A stretch of DNA of 64,000 bases from Tubiluchus corallicola. Lineage: Eukaryota > Animalia > Priapulida. The translations under genes were made by a program, and so were the position numbers. This document shows positions 11,407 to 24,700 of this stretch, in pieces (positions within the stretch are counted from its first letter, which is position 1; the number at the start of each line of letters is the position of its first letter). The DNA lies in NCBI GenBank assembly GCA_030141605.1, contig JAQGDQ010000367.1, positions 62,001 to 126,000 on the forward strand. Direction: 5' to 3'. Under the pieces are notes generated by a model. The model had not been told where the DNA came from. It saw only the letters and a program-made list of their open reading frames with translations, and searched no databases.

Positions 11407-14400
11407 ATAAAATTTTCCTGTTATTGCTCTGTAATACTTAAGTATCAGGTGGTGCAAAAGATGTCCCAAAATTTTGATCATGGTTTTGTACGAAATAAAA
11501 ACGAAATCGCTTTAAAATTACCACATTGCTGTTACGCACATTTATGTATAAACACTAAAAATTTTTGATTATTCCCTTAGATTTTGTCTAAAGATAGAGA
11601 AATTTTAAATCAACAAATCAAAATTTGTCACTGTTGTTAAAATCTGCTGCGAGTGCTCTGTGTGTTCACCATTTTCATTGCAAACTAGACAAAGAAGTTT
11701 CTTGCAACAGCTGACATGTCTTCTTGGTTCCTTTAAGGGGTGTTTGGTCCCAGTACTGAACACTTTTTGCCCTTTGTTCCTTTTCATCAAATATCTTTGT
11801 GCAGCCATGGTCTTTCTCTTTAAGGAATTTCAGATAGGCTAGGATAATCCAAAGGATTAAGTTCCATTCTTTATTGGCGACAAATCTGTGTTGTTGTAAA
11901 TTGGTCGGTTTTTTTATTGTTTCGCTGCCACATATTGAGTGCTTTATACGTCAATGTGGCTGTTTTTCACTAGATGATTACAGCTGACATTGTTCCGTGG
12001 TTTAATTTTTTAGCCTGCAAAAGTTTATTAGCCATAATTTAAAACCTACTGGAACTATAAACATGTCACTTTCACAGCCAAAAATTAATGTATGTATTGT
12101 AATTTCATGCTGTGAAATTTTAAATTTATAGAGCACTTGATTCTGATATTATATACAGTCTAAATTTCTGCACAGTTTTTCTGTGCCACCTGCTACTATG
12201 CAGTTTAAAATAAAATGTCTATTTTCAAAGACACCAGAATGAACAAATTCTCTGTCACGTGTTAAGGTAAATTAAACTGAATGCATTGTATTCTGTAATC
12301 TATTTCGAGATATGATTCCTAACAAAAATGGGATACACTTTATGAGCCTTACTAAGTGAACTGACAAATAACATCAATAACCTTATCGATTTTGCGTTTT
12401 CAAAAAAGATAAGAAAGCTTGTTCTTGTTGTTTATGTTATATTTAATTGTAGTTATTTGTCTTCTGTAATGGTATTTTTTTGTTTTTCTTAATAATTGTA
12501 ATTATGTTCTATTCATTCTTGTTTATTTATTATGTACTTAAGCATATTTTTTGTGTACTTAAGCATGACACATGTTCTAGTCACTATTACTTATACTGTG
12601 TCACTGATGTAATGTTTGAAATGTGTATGATAAATGTCTTTACTTCTGGTCCCCATATTTATGCGTAGATTTGCTGTCCTTAATGTTGGCCTACAATCTG
12701 TTGTATGTTATAGCAGATATTTTTTTATATTCTGCAGCTGTTGTAAAACCAAGTTTTGGACTTACACAGCTTTGAAAGAATAATTGCTGATGGCCTCTTT
12801 AGACATTGACATCTGACTATAATTAGTGCTTACTACTGGGGCTAAGTGGGATTGATATGATCTATAAAATTTAAATGTGTATTAAATATTAAATAAAAAT
12901 ACGGGCAACTTTTTAGACTTATCTTCCACATTTCTCTAAGTGTTAATGTTATTAAATGTATTAATTTATCATATGTATACATATATATAATATTGCATGT
13001 GTATACTGTATGTGCGTGTACTAGGCAATATGTTAAGTTTATACATTATTGTCTTTAACCTTCATATTTTACTTAATTAGTCATTGCAACTGTTTGATAC
13101 TCAATTGTAACTAAAAGTTATGCAAATTTAAATTTCAGCAAGTTTTGTTTTGCTTCTGTAGTTACATATTTATCTATATATTAATTTTCCAAGTATATTT
13201 ATTTAAGGCATTCATATATTAATATTTTTGAATATCAAAGGTTTTTCGTTCTTAATTCCTCTTCAGTTTCTGTTCTGCAAACACTTACTGTAGCGTATCT
13301 GCTTTATATCCTCATTGACGACCATTGCAATACCAGGCACGCAAATAAAACGGCACATAAATACCATGCAAATAACACGTGGTTGAATTTACTTGAACAT
13401 TTCAACTGTCTTAGCTTTGTTGTTCTGTTGAATTGTAAGTTTTAATGCTGTTTTATGTATGTCTGAAATCATGTTCATAATATTTTTGTGCAAAACGTTT
13501 TCAGCTTTGCTAGTCATTTTATGTTTGCATTTTATGTTTGAAGTGTGCAATCAAACTGAAGTTGTTAGCAAAATTTTGACAACTTTCACGCGGGTGTGAT
13601 TTTAGTTGGGGACACTATGCTATGCACATATGATTTCGGGAAACCATTGTTTCAGGTAGTTTTAAGTGCTTCATACAAAATTTCAAAAGCTGACTGCTGG
13701 GTTCAACTTGTTTGTGGTAAAGCAGAATAACTGTGACAAGTTCAATATTTGTTAGTTCAACTTATATGTCATTAGGTTTTTATGAATTGTCTCTTAGCTA
13801 AATTAATAATGTTAGAAAATCATGTTAACTTTTCTGTGGTTTTAACTTTTAATTAATATAAGGTAATGTTTTGATTGCTTATTGTCATAATTTGAAGGCG
13901 TGTTTTAAATGCTTAGTTATTTTTTGCTTAATATTATGGCATTTTTTCAGATGTGTACTTTCATATTGTCATAATAAGGAACTAAAACATGTTTCTATTG
14001 CTGTGTTGATTCCTTTCACTTTTAATATTATGCGAATGACAATTTGCTCATTGTGATTTTTTTTTCTTATTCTGTGTGCTCTCCTTTAAGTTGATTGCAC
14101 AAGCTAGTTATGGTTAGGTGGTGTTTATTTTAGTATAAAATGATGATAAGTACCAATCTTATTATCGTATCGCCATGTCCAATTGACAGTTACCTTTGTG
14201 CGTCACTTAACTAGGTTAACTATTCATTTTCAGTGTTTATAACAGTAATTTTATTATTAGGCTTTATAACGTTGACATTCCTCATTGTCCTAAAATCTCA
14301 CATGAAAAATGGTGATGTGTGATTATTAGTTTGTGCTGATCTAGCAAATCCTGTGTCAATCATTTTCTTTTTAATTTATCCGATAATTTTAAGTAATGAT

Positions 14401-15708
14401 GTCTTTGCTTTCACATTATTGTGTTTTCATTAATTTGACAAGGTTTGAGTTATTTTCTGTGATACATATATTAATTATTGTCTTTATTATTGCCAAATAT
14501 TGTTCATGAGATTATCATTTATTGTGAAATTTAATGTATGACTATCGTATCTTAATATATAAGCTCATCCGTATATTAAATTGAAATTTGATTCTTCTGT
14601 GTCTTTTTCAGAAGTTTGATTTTTGTTGTCTTAAAAAAGTGATGAATTGAGTAAAGTACTTACCATGCATTTGATTTTTCGTCCATCTGGCCCATCATTT
14701 CTTGGGTTGATTTACTTATTCAATGAAGCCAATGTCATGGCAAACATTACCTGCTGAGAAATTAAAATACATTGTTTGTTGCAGCTTATGACATTGCACA
14801 TCACCCTCACTTAATGCAACATCTCTTGATCTTTTAAGGACATTTCATTTTGGATGAGACACTAAATAAGCAGAAGTGCATTAGTCATGTTAAAATGTGT
14901 TTACATACTTCCTTAGCGAAATAAATGGCCATCAGCGGTATGGCAATTAAAACCATCCAACCAGTATTTCCAGCAGGTAACCATTCCTTTATTACCCATG
15001 TCTAACATTGCTTAACTGACATTAATGAATATTAACTGAAATCAGTCAGCTAATCGCCTCATCCCAAGTGCTCATTAATTCCTTGGACTGAACATATTTT
15101 ATGCATGAATTCAGTGGTTCTATATTTTATATTATTTTGCAGAAGAACAATTTCAAGCATTCTTTGCCATACCTTTCATCCCAAAAGGTATCCTGTTGCC
15201 CAGTTGGCTTTCTTCAAAATAAGTTCAAATGAAACAGAAAGCATTTGTAATAATACTCTTTAACGGGTAACTTAGTGGCAAGTTGTGAGCTCAATTCCTG
15301 TTCGATTCATATCGATCAAGCAGTCAAGCATGTGGCATAATCTTATCAATCGATGTACTTATTGTTCTGGTCACAATAAACAAAACCACTTTGGAAATAG
15401 TACATTAGGATTAGGACCAACTAAGTATCAAGGAAACTTACTATATATTATTTTTACTACAATCATTTTTATTTTATTTTTACGTAATTTATATTACAAT
15501 TATTTTTATTACAATGCACTTATAAACTCTCTGCTTTTGACATTACCCTGGCAGATATTACACTTTCTGGTGCCGAGGCTATATCAGGGGACTACTGCAT
15601 CGTGCGTAAAACCATAGATATTTATATAATCCCCGAGATTACGCTAGTAATATTTATTATCTATAGTGGCGCCGCACGGTGCCGTAGCAACCAAATTTTG
15701 TTTGTAGC

Positions 15709-18700
15709 ATGGCGGCACGCGGCATGGATGTGCGTTACCGAGGTGGTGACACAAACCTTCAAAAAGGCAGCTTTGACGAGGCTGGGCACGATCAAGAACA
15801 TCCTAAGTTACGCGACGAAACGCCAAATTTGTTTTCGGAGCGAATATGGTTTATACTGTTGCTTTTTTATGCATTTATCTTAGCTGTGATATTTAAAGCT
15901 GACATGTCGTTACCTATGCCAAAATCGGTGTCGGAGGTTACTGTTGGGGAATTTTGTGAAGAACGAGCAAGAATGCATGTGTCTAATTTAACTAGCTTTG
16001 GCGACAGACCAAGTGGAAGTTATGCAAATGAAAAGCTTGCGGTTGGGTATATTGTAGGTGTTTTAAAAGACATTCAAAAACGTGCAAAACCTGTACATAG
16101 AGTGCAAATTGACGTGCAGGAAGTTTCTGGAAGTTTTGACATTGATTTTTTAGGTGGCTTCACCACTATTTATAAGAATGTTAAAAACATATTAGTGAAA
16201 CTATCACCTCGTAGCACCACATCTAGTCACAGCCTTTTAGTGAGCTGTCATTTCGACACTGTTGTAAACAGTCCAGGTGCGTAAGCCGTTATTTTAATCT
16301 ATTAGTATTACTAATCTTTCTGGACAGTACAGAAAAGTAATCTTACATGCTTCACGTATGCAATACGTACAGTGTACATACCTAGCTTATGTCAATTCTT
16401 CTGCTGAATGGTTATTATTATAAATACTCGTGAATTATGCTTGCGCTTGTGAATTGTAAACATGGCTGATATTTATGATTTCATTTACCAAAGTACTCCA
16501 AGTTTACTAACAGAATTAACCAAATACTGTAGGACCTCGATTATCTGTGCAGTCTGGTTTTGAGCAGTTTAAAGATTCCGAATAATCGAGAAAGTCTGGA
16601 TAATCAGATGTACTTGGTTTTTCTTAATTAAGGACTTGCCATATCTCAAATTGACGTTGAATCTCAAACTGTTTGAAAATGTTTGAAAAATTCCAGTCTT
16701 TAGGGTTTCATTGGCCAAAAGCTCTTTATTAGTTTTAATCTACTGTGTTGGTGCTGTTATGGTACCTAAATGCAGTCATGCACCTCTATTCCACATGCTG
16801 CATTCCCAGATGATTGTTTTGCATTGTCTAGCAGGGTAGATAGACCATTCTATTTTGGGGAAAGGAAAGGGACGTTCTGCCTTCCTGTGGTCACAATTTG
16901 TGCGCTGTTTACATAGTAGAAAACTATGTAACAATTAGTAGAAAATCAGGAGAAATATTTCAAAATTGGGAGAAAGGAAGGTTACTATTAAAATCGGGAG
17001 AGTTGAAAGGTCTGGCGTCATGCTCATCAGACACTCACAGCGTTACAAACAATGCAATCAAATTAAATCAAAGTCTCTGTTTTAGAAATTATCTCTTTTT
17101 GCAGTAGATCTGCAGATTTGTGAATCCAGTCATTTTTGTAAAATCTGTGGATCCGGCAGAGCAGAGGAACCACTTTTTGAGAACTCTGCGAATGTATGGA
17201 CTTAAAATAACTGGTCGTGCATTTCTTCCTGTGGTTATTAATGGTAGTGTTATTAATGTTGCAATTGCCACTGTCTTCCTGTTTACGATATTTTTAGTCA
17301 ATTTTCCTTCAGAAAAAGTTCCTTCACCAAAAAGGTTCTACATAACAGCAAAAGCAAGAGAGGTGAACATGTGCAGAACACCTCAATAAAATTTTTGTCA
17401 GTGTAGTATGAAGGCTAAAATGGATAAATACTATAAATTGCAGGTTTTGCTATTTCGTCCAGATAGGTTTGGTCTGGATAACCCATTATTCCAGATAATC
17501 AGGGATGAGATAATTGAGATCTTACGGTAGTAAAATGTAGCAGAAATGTGGCAGTTTCCAACTTCCCACAGACTGATATTTATGATTTAACCCCCTTGCT
17601 TGCTTTTTTGTTGTTGCATTCATGACTTTACTGCATCTTGTTCAGTTGTTGCTTTTAATATTTAACTGCATTATTTGCTTGCTTTTTTTCCATTGGTATC
17701 ATCATAATATAACTGTATTGCATTTTGTTTATTTGCTACACTTAAGATCTAGCTACATATTATTCACTTAACCATGTAGTCTGCCGTGCTTTATACTATT
17801 CCTAAGCTACATTGGTGTGACTGACTCAATGACCTCCTAGTCTTTCGCCGCCCCATCTCTACACACTTTACATAATTTGTTGTATTTATGTTATAAATAT
17901 TATATTAGATATAGATAAACCTTTTGAATTGAATTGAATTGACACCAAACTGCTAAAAGATGTTTGGAGATGTTTAAAAGATGTCTTTATATGCATGGGC
18001 TAGTGGTTTGTGAGCAACTGTTTCTGCTGAGAAATTATTAAAATTGCAAATTAGGTGTTAGGATGTCCATTTATTCAGTGCCTTCTTACTTACAGTCTTG
18101 AATAGTCTTGTATTTTAGCAAACTACCAGTTTTAAATTTTTATTACTGTAATTACTCAGTAGCTGTGGAAAAAACCAACACTACTTAAATATTACTGCAC
18201 TGCCATTGCTTTATCCATGTGGCCTACATTCAATAGCAACCAACTCTAGATCAAAGGGCATAGAGAATTTGAAATCATCCAAAATTTGTGAAAAGTGTGA
18301 AAAACATTTCTGTAAATTCTATGAATTCTATTCTAATATCTGATTTGGAAAATCCGTTGAAGTGCAGGAAATTGTTCAGTAACAGAGCCGCCGACTCAGA
18401 CTCTGTGGGGAAAGAGTCCCTTACAGCACTTCTTTTGACCTTGTCCGAATTCCTGCTGTGATCCCATTCTGCTTTATAACTCAAACTTTATAGTCTGAAC
18501 ATGTGAATGAGCACAACGTCAAACCTTTCTTTACTCATGCTGTTTGTAAAACACAAATTGGAGTTTCCGTGTAGTTAGATAAGGTACAAAGGCCATTTTT
18601 ATGGCTGCAAGTTCATAATACTTTTAGCTGCAGCATGGAGAAAATAAAATTTAGAGAAAGTGATTTAACGGAATCAAAATGCAAGTTTTTGGAACTTTTT

Positions 18701-21700
18701 TGCCACAATAGGAAAAAGAATGTTGTATTTACAAATATGTTTCAGCCAGTCTGTAATGACGCTCAATTTTAAAAACTTGTGTGCAAATTCAGCACCTGTT
18801 AGTAAATGAAGTCGCAAATAACAGATTATTTTCTTACATTCTTACACATTTTCAGTTGAGAAACTGTTAGAAAATAAGAAAAGAAACTGCTAAAAACCTG
18901 ATAGTGATTCATGAACTTTGAAACTAAACTTTTCTGAGAAAGAGCAAATGTGAAAGAGTCAGGGTAGAGCCTGAATTTGAACCTGAGGCTTCGTTTACAA
19001 TGTGAGCACCATGAGCAAAAGTTTAGTTTTAAAGTCCACCAATTGTAGAAATAATATGGATATTTTAATATTAAATCTTAAAAGATTTTACTTGATTAAT
19101 TTTTGTTTTCTATTATGCTCATCTAGCGAAATACTTTTATACCAAATTACACAGAACCTGTTAAAGATTTGAAGCTCGTGCAATAGATAGAATGAAATTT
19201 TATTTTCAGTCTGCAGCCTCTATTATGCTGTTACGAAAATCGACATTCTACCATAAGATTACATAGTATACACCACTTTCACTTGCATTGTTTGACAGTG
19301 CAGTACAGGCTATGCATACAATGTAAATTTATGAGTTAGGCTTGTTGCTAGCGAGTGCTTCAGCAATTCATGTCGTGTTGAATATGTCACGTAATGTATG
19401 ATACATCTTCAACAGTCATGCGTACATTATTAATAAAGTTTTACCATAAAGTCATGACTTTGTTATCACTAAAATTTGATGTTGCAAGTAGCCATTACAA
19501 AAGAAATGAAAGCCTGTGTAAGTTTTCATTGTGTAGTTGCTTAGACATAGCTAGCTACGTTTAATTCAGACCTGGCAACTCTCATGCATTATGCATGTGT
19601 CACATACATTTTAAGTCTTGTATGCAGATACTCACATGCATCAAATTTAATTTCTCATGCATTTTGCAAATTCACACCCAAGATTGCTGAATGGCAATGG
19701 CCATGGCAACAGAATTAGTAGTACTACTATCAATGATACAGTAGCGATCTTACGATGTATTTTATACTAAAGGGTATTAAAATTGAAAATTAAGCGCAAT
19801 TAATTTTTTGCTTTGTTTTATAAAATTAGGCTTATGCAAACTATGCAAACTCACAAACTCTATTGGCCTAACCCATATTAAAACTAAGAATGTCATTTTT
19901 CAAAGTCTGAATTATCTAAAAAAAATTAACATGTATTTAAAATTAAAGCAAAACTGGACTGTGCCTTAAACTGTATGTCAAAACAATCTACTCTTTAAAA
20001 TATTGAAAGGAAACATGCTATTTTTTCAAAAATGACTTACGTGAAAAAATTATTGTCACACAAACACAATTTCGCATTCGCGCCACTAGTTCTGCACTGT
20101 TACATGCATTTCGCCATTCGCTAGATAGATGGTCCACATCTATCAAAAAAACAGGTCCTGTATCTCTCAGTTATGATATGTTAGTTTGTGATGAACTACA
20201 CAAGTTCGACAGCTCATGCCTCTTAATTTTTGTCTTAAACTTGCCTAGTTTTAGTACCACACACTGAATATCTTACAGTAGCACTGTACTTCAATTTTCA
20301 CTTTTGCAAACACATGCAACATGTTCATGGTGTATTTTTGCTGTTAAAAAATATGTTAGTTTGTGATGTCATTAATTGTTGGGCTTGCCTGCCATTAATT
20401 AAGTTTTTAATCTGTAATTTAGTTATCAGAAACACTTTTACAGTATTAATTTGTTTTACAGTATTAATATGTTTACTTTTTGTCGGATTTGAAATTGGGA
20501 TAGTATACGAAAAATCACCCTGTCTTCCTTTAATACGATGTTTGGAAATATTTAGGTGCAAGTGACGATTCTGTAAGCTGTGCAGTGATGTTAGAAGTAT
20601 TAAATCAGCTTGCCCAATCTGACCAACCCTTAAAACACTCTCTTATCATGAACTTCAATGGTGCTGAGGAAAACATCTTACAGGTATTGTTTCATATAAT
20701 TTTAGACCATTATTATAATTTAATACTTAGAATGATATCAATATAATTATAATTATACAGGCATCTATTACCACGTGATCCATGTTGTGCCAATGTTAAC
20801 TTACAGCGGTCAATGATTTTTTTATTTCCACTGCACGTTTCATTGTAGTACATGTTAATTTTTTACTCAACTATGAAGCAAGTTTCATTACATTGCATTA
20901 TTTCCAGTATGTGCTAGGACTTGGTGCTTGCAATCAACGTGTAGTACTACACAGACAATATAAGTCAAGTAAAGTCCTACATAAATGCTGGAAGTGAGAT
21001 AATATGCTATTTAGTGTGTAATGCATGCTAGACCAACATAAATTTATGTCAAACATTTTGGTGGCTTGCCATTTTACTAATTAATTCAGGAATTTGTGTA
21101 TCATAAATTTTCATGTTTGCATTACTGTTACATTATGCACACGTACAAACTGCCTGTATATTAATTCCTGAGCACATGCTATATTGCGGCTTATGTGATT
21201 TTAGCATGAAGAAAAAATCTAGGCTCTATGCGTGACCACATATCCGATAAATGGTACCATGTCTCAGATGTTTTTTTGGAGAATTTTTATATTTATTTGT
21301 ACTAGGCTAGTCATGGATTCATAACACAACATTCTTGGGCACGCGATGTCCGAGCATTCATAAATCTTGAAGCTGCTGGTGCGGGCGGGCGTGAAATGGT
21401 TTTTCAAACAGGTAGTAAAGCACTCAAGTGATTTCTTATTAAACAATGTATATTATACTTGTTAGTTGAGACGCTTCACATTGTGAGTGAATAAAGTGAT
21501 GGCAATTTACTACTAAATCAGTTGTTGTCTGTCACTGTTAATTTTTTACAGATTACTTTTTAAGTTAAAGTTTTTTTAAGCACACATTATCTTACTTTAC
21601 TCTCTTATCCCTTGAAAGTGTTGACAAGAGTTTGTGCAGTTTTTTGCTCATTATTTTTGTCATGAGTTGTAATGTCATTTTGAATGTCTGCGTATGCGTG

Positions 21701-24700
21701 TCATCTTGACTCTCGTGAAGTGGGCAGGAGGACACATAATCGTTGTACCTTGCTGTTGAATTTTATCTGTCCCCACTGAATTAGGATTCCTCTCTTGCAG
21801 GAGTCAGATTGTGTGTCACAAAACTTGTGTTTTGTGAATGTTCAAGCCTTTTCAGTAATTGAAACTCACAGCTTAAGACCTGAAATTTGAACACTGCATT
21901 CAACAACTTCAGCATCATCTCATAAGTTTATTAATGACAGTGTCATCATTCTAACATGTGAAACGAGTTTATTCAAAAGGTAATTACAAAGAGCTGATCT
22001 TTCTAAACATTTTTTCAAACTTAAAAAAAATTCATTTGCTATTTATTTTTTTTATTTATTTATTTCACATCAACACAAATACACAATTAATACATTAAAA
22101 GAAAAAAAAGTTATCAATAATTCAATGAATAACAAACAGTAAGATACATAATAGGCAGCAAATTTTGGAAAAAATGATTTAGACTGTCTTTAGACGTAGG
22201 TCAACCTATGGTAAACAAAGATAGTGATATCGCTACTTCCTTTAATGCTGGTGTCTAAACAACGTTATGTACAGCATCATTACAAATATACTAACTTGAC
22301 TCAAAACACTGTGGGGTTGAAAGATAAACAAAAGAATTATCGCTGTTGTATGTTGTTTAGTAAATTCGTATACAGTTTACTTTGAGCACATAACTAGTTT
22401 AGATATATCATAGTTTAGGTTTACTATATATACAAATGTAAATGTGTTGTGGGCTTTCAAAAAGCAGTGCTTGTTAGATTGTCCCACTAAAAGATGACTG
22501 CTGTTGTTTACTTCATGTTTGCAGTGATCATTTGTGCTTGTTGGTTTCCCTAGTTTCTTTCTATGTTTTTTTCTATGTTACCATATGCTGTGCTTTGTTA
22601 TTTGTTGCATTGTAATTCCTGAAATCCAAAAAATAGCATTTAGTGATTCTATGCTTTTTTTTCTTTTCACCAGAGGTTTTGTTAAATGTGGTATAAAAGT
22701 GTAGTTTTTGTGATTTTTCAGGTCCTGAACATCCCTGGTTGATTAGTGAGTACGAAAGATCAGCTTTGCATCCGTATGGGAATGTGTTTGGGCAAGAATT
22801 GTTCCAAGCAGGAGTTATCCCATCAGACACAGACTTCCGCATTTATCGTGATTTCGGGAAAATACCAGGTAGTTAGATGAATATTCAAAATTTAGTTACC
22901 TTGTCATTTATTAAAAATAATTTGTATACCACTTGAAAAACAGTACAGAATTTAAATTGCTACTTCTTATTTTTCTAGGGATTGATATTGCCTACATTTC
23001 CAATGGATATGTGTATCACACTAAGTGGGATAATTTGGACTTTATCCCACCTGGAAGTATCCAAAGAGCAGGTATTGCTGAGATGTTATTTGATTCTCAT
23101 ACACTTGTGTTGTAGACTGAAAAGTTTTTTAATGTCATGGTATTTAATTAATTTCATATGTAAAATTCGTGTTTGTACATAGCAAGTAAAAGCCAATATG
23201 AAAATTTAAATTACAATTTAAAATAATGTACAATAAAACTAATCAATAGAACATGCACACTTGACATACTAAACTGAGAACTTAAGAATTATGCCCAGTG
23301 TATCCAAATCAAGGTATTGCTTTAGGTATATTACTCTTAAGTTCAGATATTATAGTACTAACTAATATTAACTATAATAGTAATCAATAAATTGATTTTA
23401 TATTGTACTCTTCCAGTTTAGGTCACTTTAGCTGATGAGGTTCTATATAAAACCAGTTTATTATTACATTATTTGTCTTCCTTCTTCCTTGACGGTTCTG
23501 ACAAGTTCTAGGAGCCTATGGTCTTCACATAAAATCTGTTTTTTTGTATTTTTGGCATATGAGTTACGATACTATCCTACAAGTTACACAAGCTTAAACT
23601 ACGCTATCATGATTAAGAGCTGCTTAACAAGTTAATTACCTTTAAAAGTTCCATGAAACATTTTATAGAAGCTTATTATGTGCATGGTAGCATATTAAAT
23701 GCACTTGGAGGCAGTCACAAAAATTGGGTCTTAAATTTTAATTAATTCCATTACTAATTTTAACCATATTTAACCATGTTAAGAGTCATTCCGCGAGAAA
23801 ACCACGCAAAAGTAAAAAAATAGTGGAAGGTGACAAATCACCGATTTTGTTCATATTCACAGGGTTGGATGATCCCCTCAGATGTACCCCACAGCCAAAA
23901 TATTAGATATCAAAAATGAGCCGTTTCGGAGATAGGCCGCCATTTTGATTTTTTTCGGATTTTGGCCATTTTGACGTAAAAAAATGACCTATATTTGTCA
24001 CATCATTACAGGCAGTAAATGAATGATCCAGGACTAGTTGCTCTGTGGTATATATAGTAGGGGTCTTGCCCTATTGCCACATTGAGTTTGATGAATTGAG
24101 CTTCTCTTTCAGTAGGTATCATGAGCTCATGAAAGATGCGTGTCTGCTACAGTCTGAATGACACCTTGTTTTAAAATTCTCATAACTCCACTGGGGCTGG
24201 TATTTGAAGTATAATTAATATATGTTTATTTACAGCTTGACCAGGCATACTTAGATCATTAATAAAATTTTGGCCAGCTCGTCCATAAATTGACGAGATT
24301 CGATCTTGAATGTGACATAAATCGGAAAAAAATTAGTACGAATTATTAATAATTCTGAATAAAAAATGAAAATTTCAAAAAGAAACGATAAATTACAGTT
24401 TCTGTCTCTCTCTGTCTCTCAGTGTCTCTGTCTGTCTCTCTCTCTGTCTCTCTGTGTCTCTCTCTGTCTCTGTCTCTGTCTCTCTGTGTCTCTCTCTGTC
24501 TCTCTGTGTCTCTGTGTCTCTCTCTGTCTCTCTCTGTCTCTCTCTCTGTCTCTGTCTCTGTCTCTCTTTGTCTCTCTCTGTCTCTCTGTGTCCTTCTCTC
24601 TCTCTCTGTGTGTGTCTCTCTGTGTCTGTTTCTGTCTCTCTGTGTCTCTCTCTGTGTCACTCTCTGTCTCTGTCTGTCTCTCTGTCTTTCTGTGTCCCTC

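Noticed and set aside
15173-15211. In-frame TGA as selenocysteine in the putative antisense gene
   Set aside because: The exon itself is uncertain (weak AAG acceptor), and I found no selenoprotein-like motif or SECIS element.
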